Source of the DNA: Takakia lepidozioides
Lineage: Eukaryota > Plantae > Bryophyta
NCBI GenBank assembly: GCA_030704615.1
Contig: CM060732.1
Coordinates: 20,956,001-21,020,000 of the forward strand
Reading direction: 5' to 3'
DNA: 64,000 nucleotides
The notes beneath the pieces are model-generated. The model had not been told where the DNA came from, searched no databases, and was given only the letters and a program-made list of their open reading frames with translations. Below, piece by piece: positions 38,893 through 50,436 of the stretch (within the stretch, counting starts at the first letter, position 1; every line of letters begins with the position of its first letter). Position numbers and translations under genes: made by a program.

Positions 38893-39958
38893 ATTTCTGT
38901 ACTTAAATACTTATAAATGTTTGAAATATTGTTAACGGGGAGGCCCTGGACTATGAGGATGTCCGGGCATAGTTTAGCGGGGCATGTGCAGGACCCGCAA
39001 GGTTGACAGATACATGGAAGGAGCCAAGTACGTACTGTATGGTCTGGAGGCCGACCCTGGTAGGTGCCAGCGTTGATGAGTGTAAACCATCTGGTTGTAC
39101 TACATTGTAAGAGAAGTTTGTGGATGTGCCGTATGGCGTGATAATGACGAGCGATTCGCAACCCGTGGATGGGGGGGTGCTATTCCGTGAGCCTGGAGGC
39201 GTGAGCCTGTGAGCCCAGGAAAGCGTGAGCCCAGCACAGGCTCACGCCACGTCAGCATGCAAACAGTGCCTATTTCCGCGGATGTCACCTATTTCCGAGT
39301 GGTGTCACCTATTTCCGCGGGTTGATGTGGGGAGAATTGAGAATTGAGAACAAAGTGGTTTGTTTGTTTTTGCAATGTACTCAAGTCTGTGAGGTCCACA
39401 AAACAACAAATATATTGAAGGAACAATCCGGGCAGTCCATGCAACCCCCATCTCCAACAATAGTTTGGAACCATGAATGTGAATTCCATGCACACATTGC
39501 AAAGAGGACAATAAGGACACACAACCATCCCATTTCAAATTTGTCCCAGAATTAAACCAAAAGAATACTTCATATCAAGTGTCGCAGTCATCACAATCAA
39601 TGTCCACCTCCTGTGCTATGTCATCTACAAAGATTCTGGCCCCAACACCACGTGTTCTACGAAGGCCATCGCAAGGTGGACTCTGAGTGCCATGAACGGA
39701 CATGCTTGCTGCGAGTGCCTCCGCATAGACAGGTAGCACACAAGACCGAGGAGGACTGAAAACAAGTCCAAATAGGTGTGATAGCCCAGGAGGGCAAGTG
39801 GAAGCACGCGGACTCCTACACATGTCCACAAAATCCCATTTTTAACACAATGATGCAATGCACAAGTCCAACGAAGAGGATGTCTCCCATGTGCACTTTG
39901 CCTCAAGAACAGCGATTCTCGATATTGAAACAACAATGCAAGCATGCACAGGTTCAAC

Positions 39959-42900
39959 TTACTCACAGGCAAAGTCGGAGTCCAGCTCCTTGTCAGAAGT
40001 CTCCTCTGTACCAGTATCAGCGGGACGGGGCTTCGGAAGGACCTGAGAAGTGTGTCCACCCAAACCCATCAGGAGGTTCTTGTAAATCTCAGCATCCCCT
40101 TCAATCCCAAAGACATGTCGCGCACTGGCCTTGCAAGCGTGGTACGAAGCACCTGCAGTGGAATAGAATGAAGTAAGCAGACATTGAAGACACATTCGGA
40201 ACGGTGGAAAGTGCTGAAAGTGCAAGCTCAATCAAACCTCATGAAATGTGAATGTTGAAGAGACGAACCTGTGCCCATCGACAAATCCAGAACTCTGGCG
40301 TCTGTGTAGGTGCAGCACTCCACAATCGTTTGAATGAAAGCCGGGCTCCTCTCCCTCGCCCCTCTCCAAGGAACCCCATTCCCCCTTCGCAAGCACACGT
40401 TGCTGTCGACGTAGTTGTGATGCACGTCATCCGTGGGAGGATCTGTCCTGTCATCTATGAACTTGCCCCCGTGAGTGATGGCAAACTCCGTAATGCCGGC
40501 CGGAGTCGTTGGTGGATGCACCCGGACGAGACAAACAGCTTCAAACAGACGAGTCTGCGAACATGACATCCACAAGGAACTAAGAACCAAAATAAAATCG
40601 GGCCCCTACATATGAGTTGGAGCGACCTATACAACACAATCCCAGAACAAAAAAGAAGAGGAAGAAGAAGGGAAACTCACCATCTCTCCCGGACGATCCC
40701 CCTTCGTAAGGTACATGCTGTTCACACAATTCCATGTCTTCACGACTCTCATGCCTGAGGCTTTCAAATAGCTGGCAAGGGCACGGCGACACCGAACATC
40801 GATGGACTGGATGAGAACCAAAACACCTGCATCGGAAAGGAAGAAGTTGCAAAAGGAAAAAACCCACCGCCAGTAGCGCTCATCAAATGCATTCCAACCC
40901 GGACAAGCACCCGATGGAGGGATATCCGGGACTGCCAACCCATCAGGGATGTCCAAGATGATGAGTTCCGCTGCATATGGCTTCTCCTTCCCGTTCACCC
41001 ACGATTTGGTCATTTTAGCCTGCAAACAAAAATACAATGGAATTCTGACAAGTTTATAAACGATCCATGCCCACAGCAGACAAAGAGAGCAGAAGCCACA
41101 GAACCCAAAGAGAACACGCACCGTGCTGAGGAACTCGACAATCCTCTCCCACACTGGTGATGGCTCGCCCTTGTAATCAGATTTCTTCGACTCCATCATT
41201 GCAAGGAACCCGACGTTGGCAATCTCCAACCTGGTTGGACGAATGACCCTCGTGGGATGTTCCACTGCATGGTACGGGTCCTTGGGATCAACCACCCCCT
41301 TGTTTTTTCTCCCGGATCCCCTACCATGCGGTGGAGTCTGCTGGACATGCTCCACAGGGCCAATAGCTGCAACACTTCCCTGCCCTTGTGCCACCTTCCC
41401 TCTACCCCTTCCCTTCCCCACAACACCAGCAACATCTTTTCCCTTTGCCTTTCTTCCTCTACCCGGGGTATCCTGAGCGGGAGGCTCCTTCTCTGCAAGA
41501 GTCCTCAGATTACGCTCATGAATGTCGAGGTCCGCTGCTGCGGCAGTGGCTGCAATACGGTCATTCTCTCTCCTCAAAGACAACTCTACAGCTGGGGTCT
41601 CTGAAGGAGGGCAATCCAAATACCAACCACAAGAAGAAAGATGGTCTGGACCCCAGTCATGCAAGATCCCAGCAGTGAACATGGTCTGGTTGCCAGCAGG
41701 GACAAGCCAAAGGTCCACGAAATCTGGATGTTTGTCCAAGCAATTCTCTTCCAAGAGAACAAACTTAATGTACCTGCAGGAACAGACACAGCCTCATTTT
41801 CCAATGCACATATTGTGTACCAGCTTTTTCAACACACCAGGAAGACCCCCTTAAACAGTATGCCACACAACACATTGCAACCACAACACAAGCAAAGAGT
41901 GCAAGGGTGTGCACCTGTAAAGGCATCGTTTCCAGGCTTCCTCTCCTTTTTCCTGCTGGTCAAGCTCATTTGTTCGACTGATGCCACCCTCCTTGCTGAA
42001 CTCTCTAAAGAAACCAGAGTGCCACACTGTGGCTCTCCATTTCCTCATGTATGCTTCGAAGGAGACCTTCGGAGCTGTCATAGTGATGCCATAGTCAGCC
42101 AGCTGAGTATGCAGAACCGATCGGGCCCTTTCTTCCAACTGCAAAACAATTGAAATGGAAGAATGAACCCAAAAACAGTCACAGCGAATGTAAGAGGCAA
42201 TGGGAAGAGAAGGACAGGAAAAGAGAAAAGAAAGTGAGATACGAGAGGACATCACACCTGGCTCCAGTAAGTGGCCTTGTGAAGCCATGTGTCCAGCACA
42301 TTGTCACTGACAGGAACGACACGCTGGGTCTTCTTCTCCTTCTCTGGCCTTGGGAACATGTGGGTATCCCTAACTGTGGGATCGGAGTTCCATATCTGTA
42401 GCCACTTCACCTTCTGTTCAGAAGACACGACGGCGGTAGACAACCTGTGCAACTTCTCCTAGGCCATCTCCGGCTTGCCTGGCTTGTTATAATGGTTTTT
42501 TATCTCCAGGAGAAACTGCGGCCCGAATGATGGGTCGGCCATTCTCAACTGCTTCACAAAAGCACTCATTATTGTCCTTCTTGTAGCGTTCATCTCCTTC
42601 TGGATGTGACTTTCAACCCCCTTTGCTGTCCTTCTCTCCTCAGGGGTAGAGCTGTAGTATTCCAGTTTGCCACGCTCCCCTGCATCTGCAATGTCTTGCT
42701 GCAAGGGAATGCAAGAGAGTTGCATCAATCCAAGGTCAAGGGAGACAGACAGAAACAAACATGTGGAAGCAGGAATATGGAAAGGCCAGATGAAGGAAGA
42801 TGTATCTCACCGTGTACATGTACTCCATGAAAGCCTCACGGGTCAACGAGTACCATGTTTCCGAAGTCTTGGAGCTTTCGCATTTCTTATACATCTCTGC

Positions 42901-43693
42901 CGAAAGGATGGTCTTGAAGTTGGTCAAGGGCATCTGCCCGATCCTTTGTATCCTATACAGTGTGTGAACCAGACTCGTTTTGACATGCGATGTCTCCGTC
43001 CCTCTGCAGAATGATATCTGAATTTCAGAATGTAATTCAAGGACTTGAATCAAGGAAGAACGGAACCAGAAGTGCAACATGTACAATGAGAAACCAACCT
43101 GTTCACATCATTCATTGCCGTCAGAAGACCCATCATGTTGTCGTCACAATCAAGCACCATCGATCGAACAGAGTAATGCCACTCTTCCTCCTGTGAGTGC
43201 AGCCTCCCAATGACAGCCATCCATGCAAGCAACCGGTGGTTGCCATCCCAAACGTGAAACATCTTCCCCGAGAATACTTGGGTGGAAGGTTTCCTGGAGA
43301 GAAGAAGTTCGAAGGATTCGTTCACCTGTCTCCAAATGGGGTCCCAGGAGTCGACGATTGACTCATCCAAAAGGAGCTCGTTACCTCTAGAATCCCTAGT
43401 AGAAACGTAAAGACTGCGGATCCATCCAAATACCCATGAACAAACTCGGCCTCCAGCTTGAGAATGTCTTTGACAAGGGGTGGACGAACGACGGGCATGG
43501 AAACCAACCTACACAGGGGAATCTTCAACCTCCCACCAGGAGCATGCATACTTTGAACCACAAGCTGAGAGTTCACCTTTTGACCCCCCAGCATCTCAGC
43601 GGCTTTGCTTTCATAAAACTCATCGTCAACATCAACTATGGTCTCCTTCCCCTGACCCTGAGGGACCTCATCCGCCACACTTTGCATTTTCTC
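39959..43693 (-). pseudogene. Multi-exon ParB/Srx-like + beta-class N6A/N4C DNA methyltransferase-like protein
   Basis: GT-AG exons include 43693-43099, 41019-40681, 40554-40269 and 40152-39959. ParB-like FHVWDGNHRLLAW. MTase-like ELIILDIPDG..W..FLSDAGVLVL and RSPAFIQTIVECCTYTDARVLDLSMGTGASYHACKASARHVFGIEGDAEIY. One frameshift near 43410 and one stop at 42459 (CAG in copy 2). Confidence 0.78.
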
Positions 43694-43869
43694 CTGCAAG
43701 GTTGTTCACTCAAATTCTTATAAGAGAGGAATGAAACGTCGACCGATGCATGAAAAAGTGGGATAAAAAGGTAAGTGTTCTTTGAGCTGCCAGGTAAGTG
43801 TTCATTGATCCTCACGGACCTGCACTATGTTCCCGATTTTCACAGGGAAAGAACATTGAAAAGTTCTGC

Positions 43870-46800
43870 TCAAATATCTGCCCATGAGGGCCGAAAGTTG
43901 CGCCCTTCAATATTCATATGTTCTGCCTAAACAGTGTGCGGTTCCGCAGACTGTTTGAGCTGACAGTGAAGGGTTCATTTTATACTCAGAAATGTGCCCC
44001 TGAAGTCCAAATTTTGCACCCAGAAACATTCAAATGCTCAGCTCAAACAGTGTGCGTTGCCGCACACTGTTTGGGCTGACAGTGAAGGATTCATCTCATC
44101 CTCAGAGGGGTGCCCCTGAAGTCCAAATTTTGCAGCCTGAAACATTGAAGTGTTCAGCTCAAACAGAGTGCGTTGCCGCACACTGTCTTAGCTGGCAGTG
44201 AAGGGTTCATTTCACCCTAACATAACAGACATCAAGACCAAATTTTGAACCCTAAAACATTGAAAAGGTCTGCTCAAACAGTGTGCGTTGCCGCACGCTG
44301 TTTGAGCTGGTTTTGAAGGGTTCATTTCATCCTCAGATAACAGACAGCAAAGACCAAATTTTGCACCCTTAAACATTGAAATGTTCAGCTCAAACAGTGT
44401 GCGTTGCCGCACACTGTCTGAGCTGGCAGTGAAGGGTTCATTTCACCCTCACATAACAGACATCAAGACCAAATTTTGCACCCTAAAACAGGGAAATGTT
44501 CAGCTCAAACAGTATGCGTTGCCGCACACTGTTTGAGCTGGCAGCACAGTGTTCATTTCATCCTGAGATAGGTGCCCCTGAAGTCCAAATTTTGCACCAA
44601 GAAACATTGAAGTGCTCAGCTCAAACAGTGTGCGTTGCCGCACACTGTTTGGGCTGACAGTGAAGGGTTCATCTCATCCTCAGAGACGTGCCCCTGAAGT
44701 CCAAATTTTGCACCCTAGAACATTGAAATGTTCAGCTCAAACAGTGTGCGTTGCCGCACACTGTCTGAGCTGGCAGTGAAGGGTTCATTTCACCCTCACA
44801 CAGGTGCCCCGAAGTCCAAATTTTGCACCCAGAAACATTGAAATGCTCAGCTCAAACAGTGTGCGTTGCCGCACACTGTCTGAGCTAGCAGTGAAGGGTT
44901 CATTTCACCCTCACACAGGTGCCCCTGAAGTCCAAATTTTGCACCCAGAAACATTGAAATGCTCAGCTCAAACAGTGTGCGTTGCCGCACACTGTCTGAG
45001 CTGGCAGTGAAGGGTTCATTTCACCCTCATACACGTGCCCCTGAAGTCCAAATTTTGCACCCAGAAACATTGAAATGCTCAGCTCAAACAGTGTGCGTTG
45101 CCGCACACTGTCTGAGCTGGCAGTGAAGGGTTCATTTCACCCTCACACAGGTGCCCCTGAAGTCCAAATTTTGCACCCAGAAACATTGAAATGCTCAGCT
45201 CAAACAGTGTGCGTTGCCGCACACTGTCTGAGCTGGCAGTGAAGGGTTCATTTCACCCTCACACAGGTGCCCCTGAAGTCCAAATTTTGCACCCAGAAAC
45301 ATTGAAATGCTCAGCTCAAACAGTGTGCGTTGCCGCACACTGTCTGAGCTGGCAGTGAAGGGTTCATTTCACCCTCACATAACAGACATCAAGACCAAAT
45401 TTTGCACCCTAAAACATTGAAATGCTCAGCTCAAACAGTGTGCGTTGCCGCACACTGTTTGAGCTGGCAGCACAGTGTTCATTTCATCCTGAGGTAGGTG
45501 CCCCTGAAGTCCAAATTTTGCACCAAGAAACATTGAAGTGCTCAGCTCAAACAGTGTGCGTTGCCGCACACTGTTTGGGCTGACAGTGAAGGGTTCATTT
45601 CATCCTCAAACAGGTGCCCCTGAAGACCAAATTTTGCACCCTATAACATTGAAATGTTCAGCTCAAACAGTGTGCGTTGCCGCACACTGTTTGGGCTGAC
45701 AGTGAAGGGTTCATTTCATCCTCAAACAGGTGCCCCTAAAGACCAAATTTTGCACCCAGAAACATTGAAATGTTCAGCTCGAACAGTGTGCGTTGCCGCA
45801 CACTGTTTGGGCTGACAGTGAAGGGTTCATCTCATCCTCAGAGAGGTGCCTCTGAATTCCAAATTTTGCACCCTGAAACATTGAAGTGTTCAGCTCAAAC
45901 AGTGTGCGTTGCCGCACACTGTTTGGGCTGAAATTGAAGGGTTCATTTCATCCTCAAACTGGTGCCCCTGAAGTCCAAATTTTGCACCCTGAAACATTGA
46001 AGTGTTCAGCTCAAACAGTATGCGTTGCCGCACACTGTTTCAGCTGACAGTGTAGGGTTCATTTCATCCTCAGATAGGTGCCCCTGGAGTTCAAATTTTC
46101 CACCCAGAAACATTGAAATGCTCAGCTCAAATAGTGTGCGTTGCCGCACACTGTCTGAGCTGGCAGTGAAGGGTTCATTTCAACCTCACATAACAGACAT
46201 CAAGACCAAATTTTGCACCCTAAAACATTGAAATGTTCAGCTCAAACAGTGTGCGTTGCCGCACACTGTTTGAGCTGGCAGCACATTGTTCATTTCATCC
46301 TGAGATAGGTGCCCCTGAAGTCCAAATTTTGCACCAAGAAACATTGAAGTGCTCAGCTCAAACAGTGTGCGTTGCCGCACCCTGTTTGGGCTGACAGTGA
46401 AGTGTTCATTTCATCCTCAAACAGGTGCCCCTGAAGACCAAATTTTGCACCCAGAAACATTGAAATGTTCAGCTCGAACAGTGTGCGTTGCCGCACACTG
46501 TTTGGGCTGACAGTGAAGGGTTCATCTCATCCTCAGAGAGGTGCCTCTGAAGTCCAAATTTTGCACCCTGAAACATTGAAGTGTTCAGCTCAAACAGTGT
46601 GCGTTGCCGCACACTGTTTGGGCTGACATTGAAGGGTTCATTTCATCCTCAAACTGGTGCCCCTGAAGTCCAAATTTTGCACCCTGAAACATTGAAGTGT
46701 TCAGCTCAAACAGTATGCGTTGCCGCACACTGTTTCAGCTGACAGTGTAGGGTTCATTTCATCCTCAGATAGGTGCCCCTGGAGTTCAAATTTTTCCACC

Positions 46801-48150
46801 CAGAAACATTGAAATGCTCAGCTCAAACAGTGTGCGTTGCCGCACACTGTCTGAGCTGGCAGTGAAGGGTTCATTTCAACCTCACATAACAGACATCAAG
46901 ACCAAATTTTGCACCCTAAAACATTGAAATGTTCAGCTCAAACAGTGTGCGTTGCCGCACACTGTTTGAGCTGGCAGCACATTGTTCATTTCATCCTGAG
47001 ATAGGTGCCCCTGAAGTCCAAATTTTGCACCAAGAAACATTGAAGTGCTCAGCTCAAACAGTGTGCGTTGCCGCACCCTGTTTGGGCTGACAGTGAAGGG
47101 TTCATTTCATCCTCAAACAGGTGCCCCTGAAGACCAAATTTTGCACCCAGAAACATTGAAATGTTCAGCTCGAACAGTGTGCGTTGCCGCACACTGTTTG
47201 GGCTGACAGTGAAGGGTTCATCTCATCCTCAGAGAGGTGCCTCTGAAGTCCAAATTTTGCACCCTGAAACATTGAAGTGTTCAGCTCAAACAGTGTGCGT
47301 TGCCGCACACTGTTTGGGCTGACATTGAAGGGTTCATTTCATCCTCAAACTGGTGCCCCTGAAGTCCAAATTTTGCACCCTGAAACATTGAAGTGTTCAG
47401 CCCAAACAGTATGCGTTGCCGCACACTGTTTAAGCTGACAGTGTAGGGTTCATTTCATCCTCAGATAGGTGCCCCTGGAGTTCAAATTTTCCACCCTGAA
47501 ACATTGAAATGTTCAGCTCAAACAGTGTGCGTTGCCGCACACTGTTTGAGCTGGCAGTGCAGGGTTCATTCCATCCTCAGAAAGGTACCCATGAAGTCCA
47601 AATTTTGCACCCTTAAACATTGACATGTTCAGCTCAAACAGTGTGCGTTGCCGCACACTGTTTGAGCTGGCATTGCAGGGTTCACTCCATCCTCAGAAAG
47701 GTACCCATGAAGTCCAAATTTTGCACCCTTAAACATTGAAATGTTCAGCTCAAACAGTGTGCGTTGCCGCACACTGTTTGAGCTGGCAGTGCAGGGTTCA
47801 TTCCATCCTCAGAAAGGTGCCCCTGAAGTCCAAATTTTGCACCCAGAAACATTGAAATGTTCAGCTCAAACAGTGTGCGGCGCCGCACACTGTTTGGGCT
47901 GGCTGGGAAGGGTTCATTTCACCTGCAGATAACTGACTCCAAGGCCAAATTTTGCACCCTACAACATTGAAAAGATCTGCTCAAACAGTGTGCGTTGCCG
48001 CACACTGTTTGAGCTGGCAGTGCGGGGTTCATTTCATCCTCAGAAAGGTGTCGTTGAAGGAAGAATTTTGCACCCTTAAACAGTGACATGTGCAGCTCAA
48101 ACAGTGTGCGGCAACGCACACTGTTTGAGCTGCCGCTGAATGGTTCTTTC
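43870..48150. repeat. 116-bp tandem array (about 37 units), each with palindrome AGCTCAAACAGTGTGCG-TTGC-CGCACACTGTTTGAGCT
   Basis: Period 116 bp (e.g. 44891 to 45007), with higher-order 6-7-mer repeats. Confidence 0.97.
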
Positions 48151-48355
48151 TTTCACAAATACCTGCCATTGAAAGCCGAATTCTTCACAAATATGGGTCC
48201 TGTAGATTTTACCTTTTTCCTAGCTACTCGAGAAGACTCCCCAGTTGCCGGGAACCCTTTCCGCTTCGGGCTGCTCTCTTCGCCGACTATGTAGGTGAGC
48301 CTCTCCCCCTTCCTCTTTCCCGTGGTCAGATCGTTCGTGAGGCCAGTGTCGCAAA

Positions 48356-50436
48356 CGGGTGAAGGGTTGGACAACCATGGCGTGCCATGTGTATGATCCA
48401 GCGTACCAGCGTGTGCTCTCCATAGCAATTTGTGATATGCAGTCGGAGGACACTGAATCCCAGATGCTCATGTGGAATTCCCTCCTGACCGTCATGCAGC
48501 GCAATGGAATACAGAACACAAATTTTGCGGGCTTCATGGCTGATAGTGCACAGGCAAATTTCAATGCAGTGCGGCGCGTGTTTGGTTCTGGGGATCCTAA
48601 GGTCCCCATGGAAAATAGGGAGCGCACATGCCTCTTCCATTGGAGTCAATCTCTGGCACGTCATACAAAGCGCTGCATTCGCCCTGACCTTCAGTTGGAG
48701 CATAGAAGGCTCTGTCTGAAGTACAAGAATGCCACCTCAATGGGAGAAGCTGAGAGCACTTACCAGGCAATCCGGGCTTGGTGGTTCTCCGCTGGTGCTG
48801 CTACAGGTATCCACCTGAAGGAGTTGGAGGACTGGTTGGTTTTCTGGCACTTTAGGTACAGACAGTGGGGAGCTTTCATGACGACGGTAAGCCTCACAAG
48901 TTTTCCTTAAACACAAATTGCACTTTGCATCGTGCCTGTTCATTTGGGGTTGTTCGATTGTCACTTGAAGAACCTCTACCATTTCTTTTCCTTCCTCACA
49001 TTTCCATGCAATGCCTCCTGCAGGACATGTCCTTGGAGGACTTGGCCGACATGCCATCGTGTAATTTGGCAAAGACTGTTCACAACGCCTGGATGCAACA
49101 GTTTACCAAAGCAGGTCGTGACTTGTATGTGGCCACTGCTGATGACATGGTGCGGGCACTTACACAACAAACCAGGTACCGCAATTTTCTGATGGGACGG
49201 GGTGGAGGGAAGGGCCCCGATTCGACTTTGTTGATGCTAAGGGCTGCGAGTAGGTCCGGAGACCCGTCAAAGATGGCCAGAGCTCTAAACAGGTGCACTG
49301 AAGGCTCCCCTCTGCAATCCAGGCTCCCCCATTTGGAAGGCGAGGAAAGATTTGGATCATGCAAAAGGAAATTAAACACTCTTCCAGGGTCAGATGGAGA
49401 TTCCCATAGGCCAGACAGGGTCAATTTCTCTGTGCCAAAGGTGTCTCCAGTGCAGACTAAGTCCTGTGCCGGCCCCTTCCCAGGTGGGTCCTCCTCCTGT
49501 GGAGCAGGTGCAGAACATGCAAGCATAGCAGCGGAAATCCCATTGGAGGAGGTGGTGGCCATGGTGCAGGAATCTGATTGCATTGATAGTGACTGGCATA
49601 TAGAACGCACCCCACCAGGATCTAGAGTGGCTTGCATGGCAATTCGGACCCCCTCTTTCAAGAAATGCAAATCAAAAATATGCAAAGGCTCCACGGGGAC
49701 TCCAGCTCCAACATTCACAGGGTTGTTCCGACCTTACCATAGTGGGGAGTCAAAAGAACACAAGTTTTGGTTCTGCCCAGACGATATGGCACGATGCGTG
49801 AAGGGAACAGTTCGTCCTTCCGTGATAATGAAGCCCCCTCCCCCCGCAATTTGGCCTGTGAAAATTGGGACATCGCTGTCCTCAACCGAGATAAGCATGC
49901 TGGAGGAGGGAGGGTTTTGTCTTGCACGGTCCCGGGTGGTGCCCTTATGCACTGTCGGCACAGATGTGCCACATGCTCCGACAATGCCTCCACCCGGTGC
50001 CGACTCCCACCCAACAAAAAGAGATGGAAAAACAGTGCGCCGTGTTGCTTCGGGTGCAGATCACGAATGCAAGATGGAATCGGCTAGAATTTTGCAGGCT
50101 ACGGTGACTCGTATCACCGAAGTCCCTTCCCCGGGGTATGGACGGATTTACACAGTGCTGTCAATTGGCTCAGTTCTTCATGCCAAAGAATATCAAGTTA
50201 CCATTGGGAATTTCCCATCGTGCACTTGTCCGGATTTTGTAACGATGCGTGAGGGCGCTCTCGGCATGAGAGGGAAGTGGGTCCCCTGCAAGCATCAATA
50301 TTACATATACCTTGTAATTATGTGTTGCGACGGTAAGAGAGACCAATTCATTCACCAAGCCACACTAGGCTACGGAGAAGTCATCACCCTTCTGCAGCGG
50401 GACACCTCGCGTAGAGCTCCGCCAACTTCTCTTTGA
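48356..50436 (+). pseudogene. MULE-type DDE transposase with C-terminal SWIM zinc finger, 5'-deleted
   Basis: Exons about 48356-48886 and 49024-50436. FAGFMADSAQANFNAV..CLFHW (MULE D..CxxH); SCNLAKTVHN (expected catalytic E appears as K); SWIM PSCTCPDF..CKHQYY. Confidence 0.85.

Noticed and set aside
44212-48119. Short ORFs within the 116-bp array
   Set aside because: By-products of the repeat; the unit length is not a multiple of 3 and stops recur
43870-48150. CRISPR array (palindromic repeat plus variable spacers)
   Set aside because: The inter-palindrome segments are variants of one sequence recurring in higher-order order, not unique spacers. There are no cas genes and the context is eukaryotic.
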